Of a DNA stretch of 64,000 nt, positions 37,757 to 49,300 are shown piece after piece. A program made the translations under genes and the position numbers. The stretch covers positions 226,016 through 290,015 of the forward strand of contig CAZKTA010000002.1 of the NCBI GenBank assembly GCA_964555645.1. The letters are read 5' to 3'. Below the pieces are notes generated by a model. The model ran no database searches, had not been told where the DNA came from, and was given only the letters and a program-made list of their open reading frames with translations. Position 1 is the first letter of the stretch. Each line of letters starts with the position of its first letter. This stretch comes from an uncultured Verrucomicrobiota bacterium (GTDB lineage: Bacteria; Verrucomicrobiota; Verrucomicrobiia; Limisphaerales; DTLC01).

Positions 37757-39748
37757 ATGCGTTGCGCATTATTAGGTTGCATTGTTTTCGTGTGTACAGC
37801 GGCGGCGCCATTGAGTGCACAAACCGCCGTAACTCTGTCGGGAACAAACTTAGCTCAGGCACAACTAGCCGAGTATTTCAACAACGAGGTGGCCGAGATC
37901 GCGAATCGTTGCCTGACCGAGATAAAAACGCGGTCTGACTGGGAAACAAAAAACACGCTCTATCGTCAACAATTGCTTGAAATGCTCGGCCTGTGGCCGA
38001 TGCCGGCCCGGACCGACCTGCAGCCTGTTGTAACAGGCAGAATCGCGCACGAGGGTCTTGTCATCGAAAAGGTCTGTTTCCAAGCCCTGCCCCGCCTTTA
38101 TTGCACTGCAAACTTGTATCTGCCGAAAAACCTGACCCGCCCTGCCCCAGGGATTCTTTACCTAAGCGGGCACTGGCGCCAGACAACAAACGGCACCAGC
38201 TTCGGCAACAAAACAGCTTACCAACACAACGGCCTGTTGTTTGCCCGTAACGGCTATGTGTGTCTAGTGCTCGACTCACTTCAGCTCGGCGAAATACAAG
38301 GCGTGCATACCGGCACACGCGATCTCGGTCTGTGGTGGTGGAACAACCGCGGCTACACACCCGCTGGTGTCGAGGCATGGTTCGGCACCCGCGCGCTGGA
38401 TTACCTTTGCACCAGGCCCGAGGTCGATACCAACCGGCTAGGTGTAACCGGTCATTCAGGTGGGGGCGCTTACAGTTGGACTGTTACGGCGCTCGACGAT
38501 CGGATTAAAGCGGCAGCGCCACTGGCCGGCCTTGCAGACCTGCAAAGTCATATCCTAGACGGCGTGCTCGACCGGCACTGCGACTGCAACTTTTTTATCA
38601 ATATTCACAGATGGGACTTTCCGCAACTGGCGGCGCTGGCTGCGCCCCGGCCGTTGTTAATCGGTGCAACCGACAACGACCCGATATTCAAACTCGACAG
38701 CACAATCCGCATCTACCAGAAGGTCAGGCGCATTTACGACCTTTGCGGTGCAACGAATAAATTGGGACTAGTGATTGCACCCGGGGCGCACACAGAAACG
38801 GCTGAACTGCACCTGGCAGTGCTGCGGTGGTTCAACAAGTTCCTCAAGCAGGATGCCGCCGAGCCTACACTTGACACACCGAAACTGTTGCCACGTGAAC
38901 AGTTGCGCGTGTTTAACCAGTTGCCAGCAGATGCACTCAACACAAACGCAACCGACGTATTTGCTCCTTTACAATCCCCTGCGCACAGATCAGTCGAGCA
39001 ACTACGAACCGAGCTGCGCCAGAAAGTTTTTGCCGGGTGGCCACACAATGAACCGCCGTTGGAATTAAAACAGACCGTGCAAGCCAAACTAGACGGCGTG
39101 CAGCTAAGAGTGTTTGAGTTCGTCAGCCAACATCACACACAGCTCAAACTTTACCTGCTCGAGCCAACAACCGCACAGAGCACCGGCACGCTCGTGCTTG
39201 AAGTGCTCGATCAACCCGATTGGGTCCAATGGTTTGAAACTCTAGGAGCGGTGTTCACAAACGAACTAGCGGAAGAGCTTGCAGGGCTGGACAACGCCAA
39301 TATTTCGCCTGAGCGATTTGCCACGCTTAGAACAGCGCTCGCACAGCGTGGATGGGCACTTGCACTTTTTGCGCCGCGTGGCATCGGTCACACAGCGTGG
39401 ACGACCGACGAAAAATCGCTCACAAAAATCCGGCGCAGGTTTATGCTGCTGGGCCAAACACTTGATGGCATGCGCGTGTGGGACATCCGACGTGCGATAC
39501 GCGCTGTATGCCAATTGCCCACAAATGCACCCTGCGCAATCGAGTTACGCGCCCGCGGAAACATGGCTTGCAATGCACTCTACGCAGCGTTGTTCGAGCC
39601 AGCGATCAAACGACTCGAACTGGTTGATTTACCGCAGTCACACATGACCGGCACGGATTACCTCAACGCACTGAAAATAACCGACATCCCGCAAGTCGCA
39701 GAGGCTCTCAGTTCGCATGCAGAATTGAAACTGCAGTGGCGGCGTTAG
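37757..39748 (+). CDS. Secreted alpha/beta hydrolase (acetyl-xylan-esterase/dienelactone-hydrolase-like)
   Basis: The 663 aa product has the signal peptide MRCALLGCIVFVCTAAAPLSA and the nucleophile elbow GVTGHSGGG. Confidence 0.7.
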   Translation: MRCALLGCIVFVCTAAAPLSAQTAVTLSGTNLAQAQLAEYFNNEVAEIANRCLTEIKTRSDWETKNTLYRQQLLEMLGLWPMPARTDLQPVVTGRIAHEGLVIEKVCFQALPRLYCTANLYLPKNLTRPAPGILYLSGHWRQTTNGTSFGNKTAYQHNGLLFARNGYVCLVLDSLQLGEIQGVHTGTRDLGLWWWNNRGYTPAGVEAWFGTRALDYLCTRPEVDTNRLGVTGHSGGGAYSWTVTALDDRIKAAAPLAGLADLQSHILDGVLDRHCDCNFFINIHRWDFPQLAALAAPRPLLIGATDNDPIFKLDSTIRIYQKVRRIYDLCGATNKLGLVIAPGAHTETAELHLAVLRWFNKFLKQDAAEPTLDTPKLLPREQLRVFNQLPADALNTNATDVFAPLQSPAHRSVEQLRTELRQKVFAGWPHNEPPLELKQTVQAKLDGVQLRVFEFVSQHHTQLKLYLLEPTTAQSTGTLVLEVLDQPDWVQWFETLGAVFTNELAEELAGLDNANISPERFATLRTALAQRGWALALFAPRGIGHTAWTTDEKSLTKIRRRFMLLGQTLDGMRVWDIRRAIRAVCQLPTNAPCAIELRARGNMACNALYAALFEPAIKRLELVDLPQSHMTGTDYLNALKITDIPQVAEALSSHAELKLQWRR

Positions 39749-39761
39749 CCGGCACCTGCGA

Positions 39762-41947
39762 TTACGGCGTAACCAGTCGGTAAAAGCGGTACCGGTAATT
39801 GGTCGCGTGCGGATCGGTGAACAACGTAGGGTCAACGGGCGGTGTACTGGTTTGAATAGCCGACCAGTCGGTCAGGTTCGTCGAGGCGAGCAAACGATAT
39901 GAAATGCCGGGGACCACGTTCGTCACCGGCAGATGCAGTACATTCGTCAGCAAATACACCCGCTGGAAATACGGCAAGGCAAAGCAGTCGGCACGGTCCA
40001 AAAGCGCCACCTGCGCATCGGGCATAGCCGCCGGATACAGCCGAATCCGCGCCACTGCACCGCCTGATTCCTCTGTTGCCCCGTCGTCCTTGAAGAACCG
40101 CAATGCATTAGCACTGCTGATCACGCCGTACAGACTTGTGTCTGTAAAGCTAAACTGCCGGATGCCGTTGACATAACCGACCACGTTTGTGCCATCGCGG
40201 GTTACCACAACTTGGACATAGTTGCCCGCCGCAATCGTGGGTGCGGGCGCCTGAACAGTTGGCTTGAAAAACAACCGCCCATTATAGACATACAACCCGT
40301 AGTCCGACGTGCCCGCCTTGAAATCAACAAGCCGGCGGTAGCCATTCGTTTGGTCAAGCCGGAACAGCATCACAATCGTGTAAACGTTGGTCGGCATGAC
40401 GCCGGTTGTCGGCACCAGTTGCAGCCCGTTGTGCAACGGCAACAGGCGCACAACGCGCGAGCAACCGTCCACTGTCTCGCTTACGAACGTGTTCCCTACC
40501 CCGATATCCTGCAAATCCGGCGGTGAACCGGCCGAGCTGGCCAGGGTCAACTGGAACCTGTAATCTGCACCGCAATCATTGGTGATGCCGAAGACCGCGG
40601 TGACGGTCTTGTGCCCGTTCATGAGTAGGTTGTACGGGTTGGCCACGCCCGATGCATCGCCGCGCCAATCGTAATACCCGCCCCCTGCCGACCCATACAA
40701 GATCGGTGCGCGCGTGTCGTCTACAAGGATGGTGTTTGTCATGCCGTTCAAACCGAGGCGCCATGCCAGCGTGCCGCTCGGAATCGTCGTCTTAAAAAAC
40801 CGCACACCCTCGGGACCAATGACCGCGTTTGTCCCGCTACCAGCGTCGTCAGTCAATGGCGGGAGCTGTTGGACATGGGCCTCGCCGGTCAAAAGCGTCC
40901 ATTGCGCGCCGGGCGTGGCGCAAACCGTCAAATACCATTCCTGCCCCGGGCTCCAATGCGCCGACTGCGCAAGCACAATACCGTCCGACCCAACCCGCAT
41001 TGACGCGTAGTCATAAGCGTAGGTTAGCGCGGGCGACCCCCGACGCAGATAAAGGTCCGCCTCGCCGCTGAGTACGCAAAGCGCGGTACGCCACGCGCCA
41101 TTGGCCGTGTTCTGCGTGGTTACCTTGAAATAGTAATCGCCGCCTGAGGCGCTTGTGTTGGTGTAAACCTGCGTGCCGAGATCGGTTGTCCCAGGGTCCC
41201 AACCAAGAGTGCGCAGCCAGTTGGTTTCGACCGTGAGCGTGTAAACCGAGTTCGTAGGCGTGCCAGCAGGCAGATACACGCCGATGAAATATGTAGCGTT
41301 TGTTGCCTCGCTCTCAGTCAGCACGATCGTGTCCACAGGCCGGCTGCTGCTGGCCTTGAGATAAGTGCCGGTGGTAGGCCGCGCATCCCGCCGTACGTAC
41401 AGATCAGCATCTGCATCGCAGTGCTTAACACAATGCGCCAGCCCGGAAGGTTTGTCGGAACATCAACCTGAAAGTAATGGAAGGTCCCGACACCCCCCGG
41501 GTTCGTGATTGAGCCAGTCAGAGTAAATGCAAGCGGCTTGAGCACCGGATAAGCCGCCTGGCGCAGATCGGCCCGGTTCGTGGTCAAAACAAGGGCAAAC
41601 GCGTGCGCAAGCGAGGATGTGGGCGTAAACACACGTAGGCCGTAGTTCGTAACTACAAACTCGGGCAGCTCGAGGTTGATCTGGTTCGTTGCGCCTTTGA
41701 GCCGTGAAACGTAATCGAAGTCGCCCTCGCTGGGCGCGCGGCCCCGGGCAAGCATGAGATACGAATACACTGTGCTTGTGTTGCTAATCACAAGCGACAG
41801 GTTGGTAACCCCCGCGCCAACCGTGAAGTTAAAGTTCGTCCCCTGCCCCGGTGCATTGGTGCCGACAAATGTCTGCGTTCGCATGGTCCCTACGCTGAGC
41901 CCGAGGAGACAAGGCCCGATGAAACAACAGCAAAAAACGTGGTTCAT
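39762..41947 (-). pseudogene. Exported PPC-like x2 plus LamG-like surface protein gene interrupted by a 1 nt frameshift near 41417-41420
   Basis: ORFs 41318..42010 and 39762..41336 overlap in different frames. The upstream frame ends ...PGWRIVLSTA. The other frame then continues DADADLYVRRDARPTTGTYLKASSSRPVDTIVLTESEATNATYF, which matches the second repeat in the same protein (ALCVLSGEADLYLRRGSP). The signal-peptide start MNHVFCCCFIGPCLLGL is at 41947. This could also be a sequencing error. Confidence 0.55.
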
Positions 41948-42107
41948 AAGAATGGCCTTTGGTTTAGTTTCAGGATAATTAAACTGGCTCGTTAGAAGTG
42001 TTTCAAGCAAAATTTTTGACCGGCACCGCGCGCTTGAACAAATTCTGTTAACCGGCTACTTTCTGGCCCAAAAATTATTCGCAACGATCAAAACGTGCTC
42101 GTGACCT

Positions 42108-43610
42108 ATGAACGCAAGTACGACTCACACAAAGGCCGAGTTTACGCGCCGGCAGTTCATTGCAACCACAGCTATAGCTGGCGCAGGCTTGTTGGCAGGG
42201 ACAGGTGCTTTGGCGCAGCCGACGCAAACACAAATCAGCCCCACTACAAGCCGAAAAAAACGGTATGCAATTGTCGGCCTAGGCGCCCGTTACGCAATGT
42301 TCCGCGATGCAATCCTCAAAACCTATTCCGCCTACAACGAACTTGTTGGGCTATGCGACATCAACGAGGGCCGACTCAGGCTTGCGCAATCCAAAGCGCG
42401 CGAGATCGGCGGTGTGGAAGTCCCCGGCTATTTGGCAGCCGACTTTGACCGTATGGTGCGCCAGACCGCGCCTGACGTTGTAATCGTGTGCACAAAGGAC
42501 GGCACGCACCACCAGTACATCGTGCGCGCGATGGAACTTGGGTGCGACGTGATAACCGAAAAACCGATGACAGTGGACGAGAAGAAATGCCGAGCCATTC
42601 TAGACGCAATACGCAGGACCGGTCGCAAATGCCGCGTGACGTTTAACTATCGGTATTCGCCCCCCCGCACACAGATCAAAGACTTGCTGATGAACGGTGT
42701 GATTGGCGATGTGTTATCTGTGGATTTCCAGTGGTTATTGAATACGCACCACGGCGCGGATTATTTCCGGCGTTGGCATAGTTACAGGGCTGACTCCGGC
42801 GGATTGCTGGTGCACAAGGCAACACACCATTTCGATCTTATGAACTGGTGGCTTTCAGCCGTGCCCGTCTCTGTCATGGCAACCGGCAAACGCGAGTTTT
42901 ATACACCCAAAATGGCGAAGCGACTCGGTCTGCAGAGCCACCATGAACGTTGCCTCACCTGCCCGGAGAAACAGAAATGCACTTTTTGCCTCGACCTTAC
43001 AGCAAACAAAAACCTCAAGGAACTCTATCTCGACAACGAAAAATACGACGGCTATTACCGCGACCGGTGCGTGTTCAGGCCGGACATTGACATCGAAGAC
43101 ACAATGAACGTGCTTGTTAACTACAATACCGGGGCGACCTTGTGTTACACCCTGAACGCTTTCAACTCATGGGAAGGATACAACATCCGGTTCAACGGCA
43201 CAAAAGGCCAGATCGAACACGGCATGCAAGAACAGTTATACGTTAGTGGCGACGGTACCGCCCCAGGCTCAATTAAACCCGGGAGCACGTACATCCGGAT
43301 TTATCCTTTGCGCGGAACACCGTATGAGGTCGAGGTGTGGAAAGGCGAAGGCGCGCACGGTGGGGGTGACAAGGTCATGCTCGACGACCTTTTCCTGCCA
43401 GAGAAACCGGCCGACAAATACATGCGCGCGGCGGACCACCGCGGTGGCGCATGGTCAATCCTGACGGGTGTCGCAGCCAATAAATCGATCGTCCTAGGCC
43501 GCGCTGTCAAAATAGCCGAACTGGTTGAAAAACTCGGCATGCCGGATTATCCGCCAATGCCCACACGCGATGATCCGCTGCCAATGCCGTCCCCAGTCCA
43601 AAGGGGGTAA
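42108..43610 (+). CDS. Gfo/Idh/MocA-family oxidoreductase with Tat signal
   Basis: It has the twin-arginine motif TRRQFIATTAIAGAGLLAG and the Rossmann start RYAIVGLGARY. EKPM is characteristic of the family. Confidence 0.8.
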   Translation: MNASTTHTKAEFTRRQFIATTAIAGAGLLAGTGALAQPTQTQISPTTSRKKRYAIVGLGARYAMFRDAILKTYSAYNELVGLCDINEGRLRLAQSKAREIGGVEVPGYLAADFDRMVRQTAPDVVIVCTKDGTHHQYIVRAMELGCDVITEKPMTVDEKKCRAILDAIRRTGRKCRVTFNYRYSPPRTQIKDLLMNGVIGDVLSVDFQWLLNTHHGADYFRRWHSYRADSGGLLVHKATHHFDLMNWWLSAVPVSVMATGKREFYTPKMAKRLGLQSHHERCLTCPEKQKCTFCLDLTANKNLKELYLDNEKYDGYYRDRCVFRPDIDIEDTMNVLVNYNTGATLCYTLNAFNSWEGYNIRFNGTKGQIEHGMQEQLYVSGDGTAPGSIKPGSTYIRIYPLRGTPYEVEVWKGEGAHGGGDKVMLDDLFLPEKPADKYMRAADHRGGAWSILTGVAANKSIVLGRAVKIAELVEKLGMPDYPPMPTRDDPLPMPSPVQRG

Positions 43611-43895
43611 TCTGAAAGTTTGACAAGCAATTGCAACGGCACCTGGGCGTATCGAATCCGCCCGGGCGGCCAATCAACTGCTGCGGCTTTACAAACCTGT
43701 GGGCTCGGCAATTGCACACACCGGCACCGCTCAACCTGCAGCCCGGCGAGCTATTCACAATAGGCTCAGGCTCGGTTAAACTCACCAGTTGCGACAAACA
43801 AGCCTGAGCGGCAACCGTTACGCTTTCACCGCAACCGGTCAAGCAGGGCAAACCGATCAAGAACCAAGAGTCTCCACAAACCCCATGCAGCACAG

Positions 43896-44147
43896 TTGCA
43901 GTCTAAGCTCATACTGAATATTTTTGCGGGTGTGATACAGCAGTTGGGCAAATTCCTTGTCATAACTGGGATCGTAATGGTTGTTGTTGGGCTACTTGTC
44001 TGGTCTGGGTTTGGCAAGGGTTGGCTTGGCAGGTTGCCCGGCGATATCCATTACACAAAAGGCAATTTCTCGTTCCATTTCCCGATTATCACCTGCCTGC
44101 TTATCAGCCTCGTACTGACATTTCTGCTCTGGCTGTTCCGCAGGTAA
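43896..44147 (+). CDS. DUF2905-family small membrane protein
   Basis: It has GRLPGDIHYTKGNFSFHFPIITCLLISLVLTFLLWLF. The start is uncertain. Confidence 0.7.
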   Translation: MQSKLILNIFAGVIQQLGKFLVITGIVMVVVGLLVWSGFGKGWLGRLPGDIHYTKGNFSFHFPIITCLLISLVLTFLLWLFRR

Positions 44148-44455
44148 ACCAGATAAAGGCGAAACAGTCTAAGTCCCTAACCACAATTGGGACGCATACA
44201 CCGCTGGCGCTTGGGGTTTGCCAGCTTGCCAAAACCAATTTTTGCCGGCAGTCGAGCATGCAAAGGCTGTCACATACTGCAACTGCTCGGTCTTCAGCTT
44301 AAGAACGGCTACGCGCCGTATGCCTGAATTGAGATGGTCGTGCGGCGTTTACGGAGTGCTTATCCCACCCGTTGAATCACATCCGCCATGGTTTCGGCAA
44401 AACAACAAATCCCTTGCAACACAATGGCCGGTTCCGCACAATCAGGGCGCAAGCG

Positions 44456-44842
44456 ATGGAACAATCGCAACTTTCACAGTATTTAGGTGTATTGATTCTA
44501 CTGGTGCTGGCAGTAGCTGCTACGGGTGGCATGCTTGTGTTGTCGGTTCTGCTGGGCAAACGCGGTGCGCGCACGCCACTGAAAGACACCCCTTACGAAT
44601 GCGGCGTGGAACCGGTGGGCGAAGGCATGATGCGGTTCAGCATTAAATTCTATCGCGTTGCAATGCTTTTCCTGCTGTTCGATGTGGCTGTTGTGTTCCT
44701 TTATCCGTGGGCGGTTACCTACAAAGAAATGCTGAACACAGTCGGCTCAATTGTGCTCTGGGCGATGTTGGTGTTCTTCGGTATTCTAGCAGCGGGTTAC
44801 ATCTACGCACTCAAACAACAAGCGTTTGAGTGGCACCGTTGA
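44456..44842 (+). CDS. nuoA: NADH-quinone oxidoreductase subunit A
   Basis: This is the in-frame ATG at 44456 in ORF 44372..44842. It has three transmembrane segments, DTPYECGVEP and FLLFDVAVVFLYPW. Confidence 0.85.
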   Translation: MEQSQLSQYLGVLILLVLAVAATGGMLVLSVLLGKRGARTPLKDTPYECGVEPVGEGMMRFSIKFYRVAMLFLLFDVAVVFLYPWAVTYKEMLNTVGSIVLWAMLVFFGILAAGYIYALKQQAFEWHR

Positions 44843-45075
44843 ACCGAGCGCCGCTGCATCAAAATATCGCAAGCACACAGCCTGCATTGAAAAACCTACA
44901 CAAACTTGCGCACAGTTAGTTATCCGCGTTGGCAGGTAACACTTGCCCGGGCTTTACTAACGGGTCCAAAATGCTGCTTCATTGGGCACCAGACGAGCCG
45001 ATAATGCCCTCCGACTTCACATTACTCTGCCCGGTTTACACTGATTAAACCAACGCCAGCCGTTTGTGCCATAGT

Positions 45076-45417
45076 TCACCTCTGCCGTGTAACCTTTGCA
45101 GAAACGAATTTGGCATCGGCCAAGGCGGCTTTTCTTACTTCGATTGTAACCTGCCGTATGGTGGGTTGGCGCAAAACTAGTTCAGACAGGTCAACTGCCA
45201 TTGTCTCAATCAACTTCCATGTCCGGCCTGCACAGAACGATTTCACGCGATTCGCCAGCTCCACATAATCGATAGTTGCACCCAGCTCGTCCACAGCCGG
45301 GAAATCAAACTCAAGCTCAATAGTCACCCACACAGTTTGTGGACTGGCGCGCTCGCGCTCGCTCACGCCGATGCGGCACGGCACTTCAAGCTCACAAATG
45401 CAAAGACGACTTTTCAT
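45076..45417 (-). CDS. folB: Dihydroneopterin aldolase
   Basis: The 113 aa product has ICELEVPCRIGVSERERASPQTVWVTIELEF and DYVELANRV, the FolB tunnel-fold pattern. Confidence 0.75.
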   Translation of the reverse strand: MKSRLCICELEVPCRIGVSERERASPQTVWVTIELEFDFPAVDELGATIDYVELANRVKSFCAGRTWKLIETMAVDLSELVLRQPTIRQVTIEVRKAALADAKFVSAKVTRQR

Positions 45418-46180
45418 GTCGCGTTAATAGGTCTGATTTACCGTGATGAGTACCCCGGCGCTGCCGAGGTTGTTCCAACGGGTCACGTTTTTCGCGACTC
45501 TTGCCGCAAGCAGCGCAACCGTTGCTGCCCAAGCCACCCGCACTTGGCAGCTCGAATGAGTTGCGCTCCAGTATTGCACGCAGCTCACCCAAATCGTGCA
45601 CGATCACGTCCGGTTTTACTGCCCTGAGTTGCTCGATGCTGTTGTAGCCGGTCAACACAGCGCACGAAATGACCCCACCAGCTTTAGCGGCCTCGATATC
45701 ATGTTGCATGTCGCCAATGAACATCGTCCGATTGGGCACAAGTTTGTTTACTCTTAGCACGTGTGAGATTTTGAGCCGTTTGTCGCGCACGCCAAGGTAG
45801 GTTTTCCCAAGCAAGTCGCCAAAGCCGACCTGCCTGAGTTGAACCCTGAAATGTGCGGGTTTGACAGTGCTGAGCACAAACGTGCGGAGCTGTTTTGCCC
45901 TGCAAAATTCGAGAAATTCACGTGCATGTGGCAACGGCACGACACAATCACGCACCTTGCGAAAAAAACCGTGGAACCAACGCTCAAGTTGTTCGAGCGG
46001 TATGTCGGGGGTATGTCGTGCGTAAAACAACGTAAATGGCAAACAAAATTCAGCGCGGAATTGCTCGAGTGACATGGTTGGCCGCCCAGCTTTTTCGAGT
46101 ACATAATTTGTCGCCTGCAGCACAGGCGCCAAATCGTCCACAAGCGTACCTGACCAATCCAAAATAACGTTGCAAATCAC
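45392..46180 (-). CDS. HAD-superfamily hydrolase (motif I variant DWSGT)
   Basis: It has VILDWSGTLVDD (motif I with Ser in place of the second Asp, as in phosphonatase-like members), LSTVKP and MFIGDMQHDIEAAKAGG. The last roughly 55 codons look non-homologous and overlap folB by 26 nt. Confidence 0.75.
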   Translation of the reverse strand: MICNVILDWSGTLVDDLAPVLQATNYVLEKAGRPTMSLEQFRAEFCLPFTLFYARHTPDIPLEQLERWFHGFFRKVRDCVVPLPHAREFLEFCRAKQLRTFVLSTVKPAHFRVQLRQVGFGDLLGKTYLGVRDKRLKISHVLRVNKLVPNRTMFIGDMQHDIEAAKAGGVISCAVLTGYNSIEQLRAVKPDVIVHDLGELRAILERNSFELPSAGGLGSNGCAACGKSREKRDPLEQPRQRRGTHHGKSDLLTRHEKSSLHL

Positions 46181-46312
46181 GGGTTAACTTTAACGGCTAA
46201 CGACCTCAATGCAATACGCCATCGCACAATTCTCGCCAAAACCGCAACTGCACTGCACAGCCCGGCCAAAACCGATCGGTTAACTTAACTCAACAATAAA
46301 CACAGGTTCTGG

Positions 46313-49300
46313 CTACGGTTTGAACTGGACGACATTAGTTGCTGTGGCATACAGCTTAACTGGTCCGAACAGACCGGAGCGCATCAGTGGCGTGTTGCGC
46401 GTTAACTGTCTGATATTCGTCCTTGTAACGCGCCGTTCTGGGGGTTGAAACTGGTCGCCAATGATCCTGTTTGGCCAAAAATTTGTCACACGCACTATCA
46501 ACTTGTTTTCACCGGGCTTCACAGCCTCAGTAACGTCAACTCTGAACGGCGGTTTCCAAAGTATGCCCAGGTTCTTGCCGTTGAGTTCTACCTCAGCAAG
46601 TTCCCGTACATCACCCAGCTCAAGCCAAAACCGCCGATCTGCACCGAACGATTCCTTACGCAAGTTGAACTGTTTGCTGTACTCGAGTGTGCCGGAAAAA
46701 TATTTCAGGTTCAGATCATCAAATTCGGTCCACGACTTAAGCTTGGCTAGGTAAACCTGGCGTGGTTTACCCTGCCCCCGCGGATCTGTGGGAGCATGTA
46801 AGATCCAACCATCAGACAATGCAATCGGGTCCAGCAAAACTCTGACTGTTACCTGAGCGCGTTGACCACGACTGTTCTCAAACACGTATGTGCCGGCCAT
46901 TCGTGTCTGCAGTACTAAACCGCCGCTCTCGCGTACCAATTCAACCGCGTCGGCGAACTCAACGGCTCCAGCAACACAAAACAATGACCGACCGTTCAGG
47001 TTTGCTCGAGTAATCCTATCCCCTACAGCGTTCCGAAAAACAACAAACAAAGACCCGTATGGCTCGAGCTGCAGCGGAACAAACGTGCGTCGCTCATCCA
47101 CGTCGAATCGCGCGCAGGTTCGGCTCTGGCCAATATCAGGGACCCAAAGCTCGGGTGCTTTGCCGGTCACGCGGAACGCACAAATCGCGTTCACATAGTT
47201 TGTGCTGAGGTTCGCCACAAAATAGATGTCAACGTCTCCGGCGCGTCTGTGAATGTAATCGAGCGGCGCGCTGCTAGGCTCAATACATTCAAAATCCGGC
47301 GTCAGTCCATCTGCCAAAAGTTGTTCACGTGCTGTTCTGCCCCAAACCACCCTACCTGTGCCGTAGCGACGCTCAAACTTTGTTTTACCATCTAAGTCAC
47401 CCCAAAGCTCCGCAGACATGGCAACGACTTCACTGTCGGCTGCGGGATAATCTTGCAACCCAGACGCACGCATCGGTTTCCGGCCAAGCACAGTTGCACC
47501 CGCAGCAACCAACTCCCTAATCTTACGTAGCACACGCAGGCTGATCTGTTCGTACTCAGGCAATACGAGCAATCGGTAACTCATACCGTCAGGCAAAACA
47601 AGCCTGCCATCACTCACCGACATGCGCTCGATTAACGCTTCTGCGCATATGACATCGTAATCGAACCCCGGGAGCACTTTTGCCGGGTCAGACCGCTTTA
47701 GCTGCGCGAAGTTCGGCACATGATCACCGTAATAGTAGCATACATCTGCCACAAACTGTCCCTGCTGAAGCATGAACTGACAACGGTTAATATACGTCAA
47801 GAATGGCCGCGACTTCGGCCACCAGGTTGTGTTCGGGTTGAAATGCGTGCCGGCAAAGTATTGTTGGCCGGGCATACCCATTTCATCGGGCGAGCACACC
47901 ACCGCATGCCAGACTAATCTGTTCAAGCCTTCGCACAGCGCTTGATCGAATGATGGCTTAAGATTGTCCCAAATCGTCTCCTGCCAATGCTGGCCAATAG
48001 TGGTAAAACCCTCGGCAGCAACAATCCGCTTTCCCGTCGTATGCGCCGCGCTTGCAGGCTGCTTAACAAAGAACCGTACCTCGTCAATCGTCCTGTGCGT
48101 GTGGGAGCGTGCCCAAAACTCGGCCATTGGGATATCGTTGATTCCGAGGCACTGCTGCGCGTCTATCGGAACGAAGTGCGGCCCGCCGCTTTCGGGATGT
48201 ATGCCGAGCCCGTACGCAGCTGCAAGTCGGCTGAAAACCCGGTAATGATTCTCAGCAGCCAGGTCGCCCAATGTGCGCCGGAAATCTTCCAGGAACCGTT
48301 GACTTTCTTGCCGACTATTAATGATTCGGCCAGCAACCACGGGCAACCACGGTTTAAGATCGTAACCACGGCGTTGCCGGAAAGCTTCAGGCAATGTGGG
48401 TGTCCAGTTGAACACCTCGATCTCCCAACTATCGGTGTGGAGATATTTGAGCGTCCTCCCAACCCAAAGCCTTGCCTCCTCAAGCAATGGCTCAACAACT
48501 GTTTTCCAATACCGCCCGAACGCACCCTCGTCCAGTACGTCCAGTGCATAGCCTTTCCAACCGTCACTCGAGGTGGACACGTGCCGCCAATCGCCAAGTG
48601 TGTAGCCAAATCTGATCAGTTGCCATTCGCCCGGTGGCACTGCCCAACGTAGCGTACCGTCAGACGACACACGCTCCGTTAAGTCAACTACATCTTCGAC
48701 CCGAGCGTCGTGTTCACCGGGGCGGTTCGGTTCTTCTTCGAGCAAAAATGGTGCAGTGCAAGGAGCTGAGTTCGCCAGAAACCACCCATGCGGTCCGTTG
48801 AAAACAGGCTGTTTGAGCAAAGCTTTAACCTCGTAGTTGCGCAATCGCCTGCGGTCTTGTGACAGATCAGACCGGACACGCCAAGCCAACACACATACAT
48901 CTCGATAAAACGCGTCGTTCACAGGCGGCAATGGTAGCTCGACCTCAGCATTGGTCGGCCCGGTTAATACAAGCTCGGCCCAAGTCAGCTTCTTGACCGC
49001 ATCGGCTGGTGCCACAGATGGGCCGCCAAGGTTCCACCCGCTCTGGATATTCAGGCTCAGCTCAAGCCCGAGTCGCTCAGCCTCAGCCAGTGCGTGTTTG
49101 AATAACTTCCGCCATGCAGGTGAACCAAAAACAGGACCGGCCTGCACACGTGCGTTACCGCGTTGGTCTGCACCACCTGCATCCATTATAACCGCACCGC
49201 CAAAGCCGACGGCCTTCATCTCTTGCAAGTCGCGCGTGACGGCCGCTTCAGTTACGTTCCCGTTTAACCACCACCAATACGCCCACAGCCGTGCATCATG

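Noticed and set aside
45392-45560. The unusual 55 aa C-terminal tail of the HAD hydrolase, which overlaps folB by 26 nt, as a possible fusion or programmed read-through
   Set aside because: The tail is low-complexity (R/G/S/K-rich) with no motif. It is most simply late stop-codon placement. A short overlap with the next gene is common.
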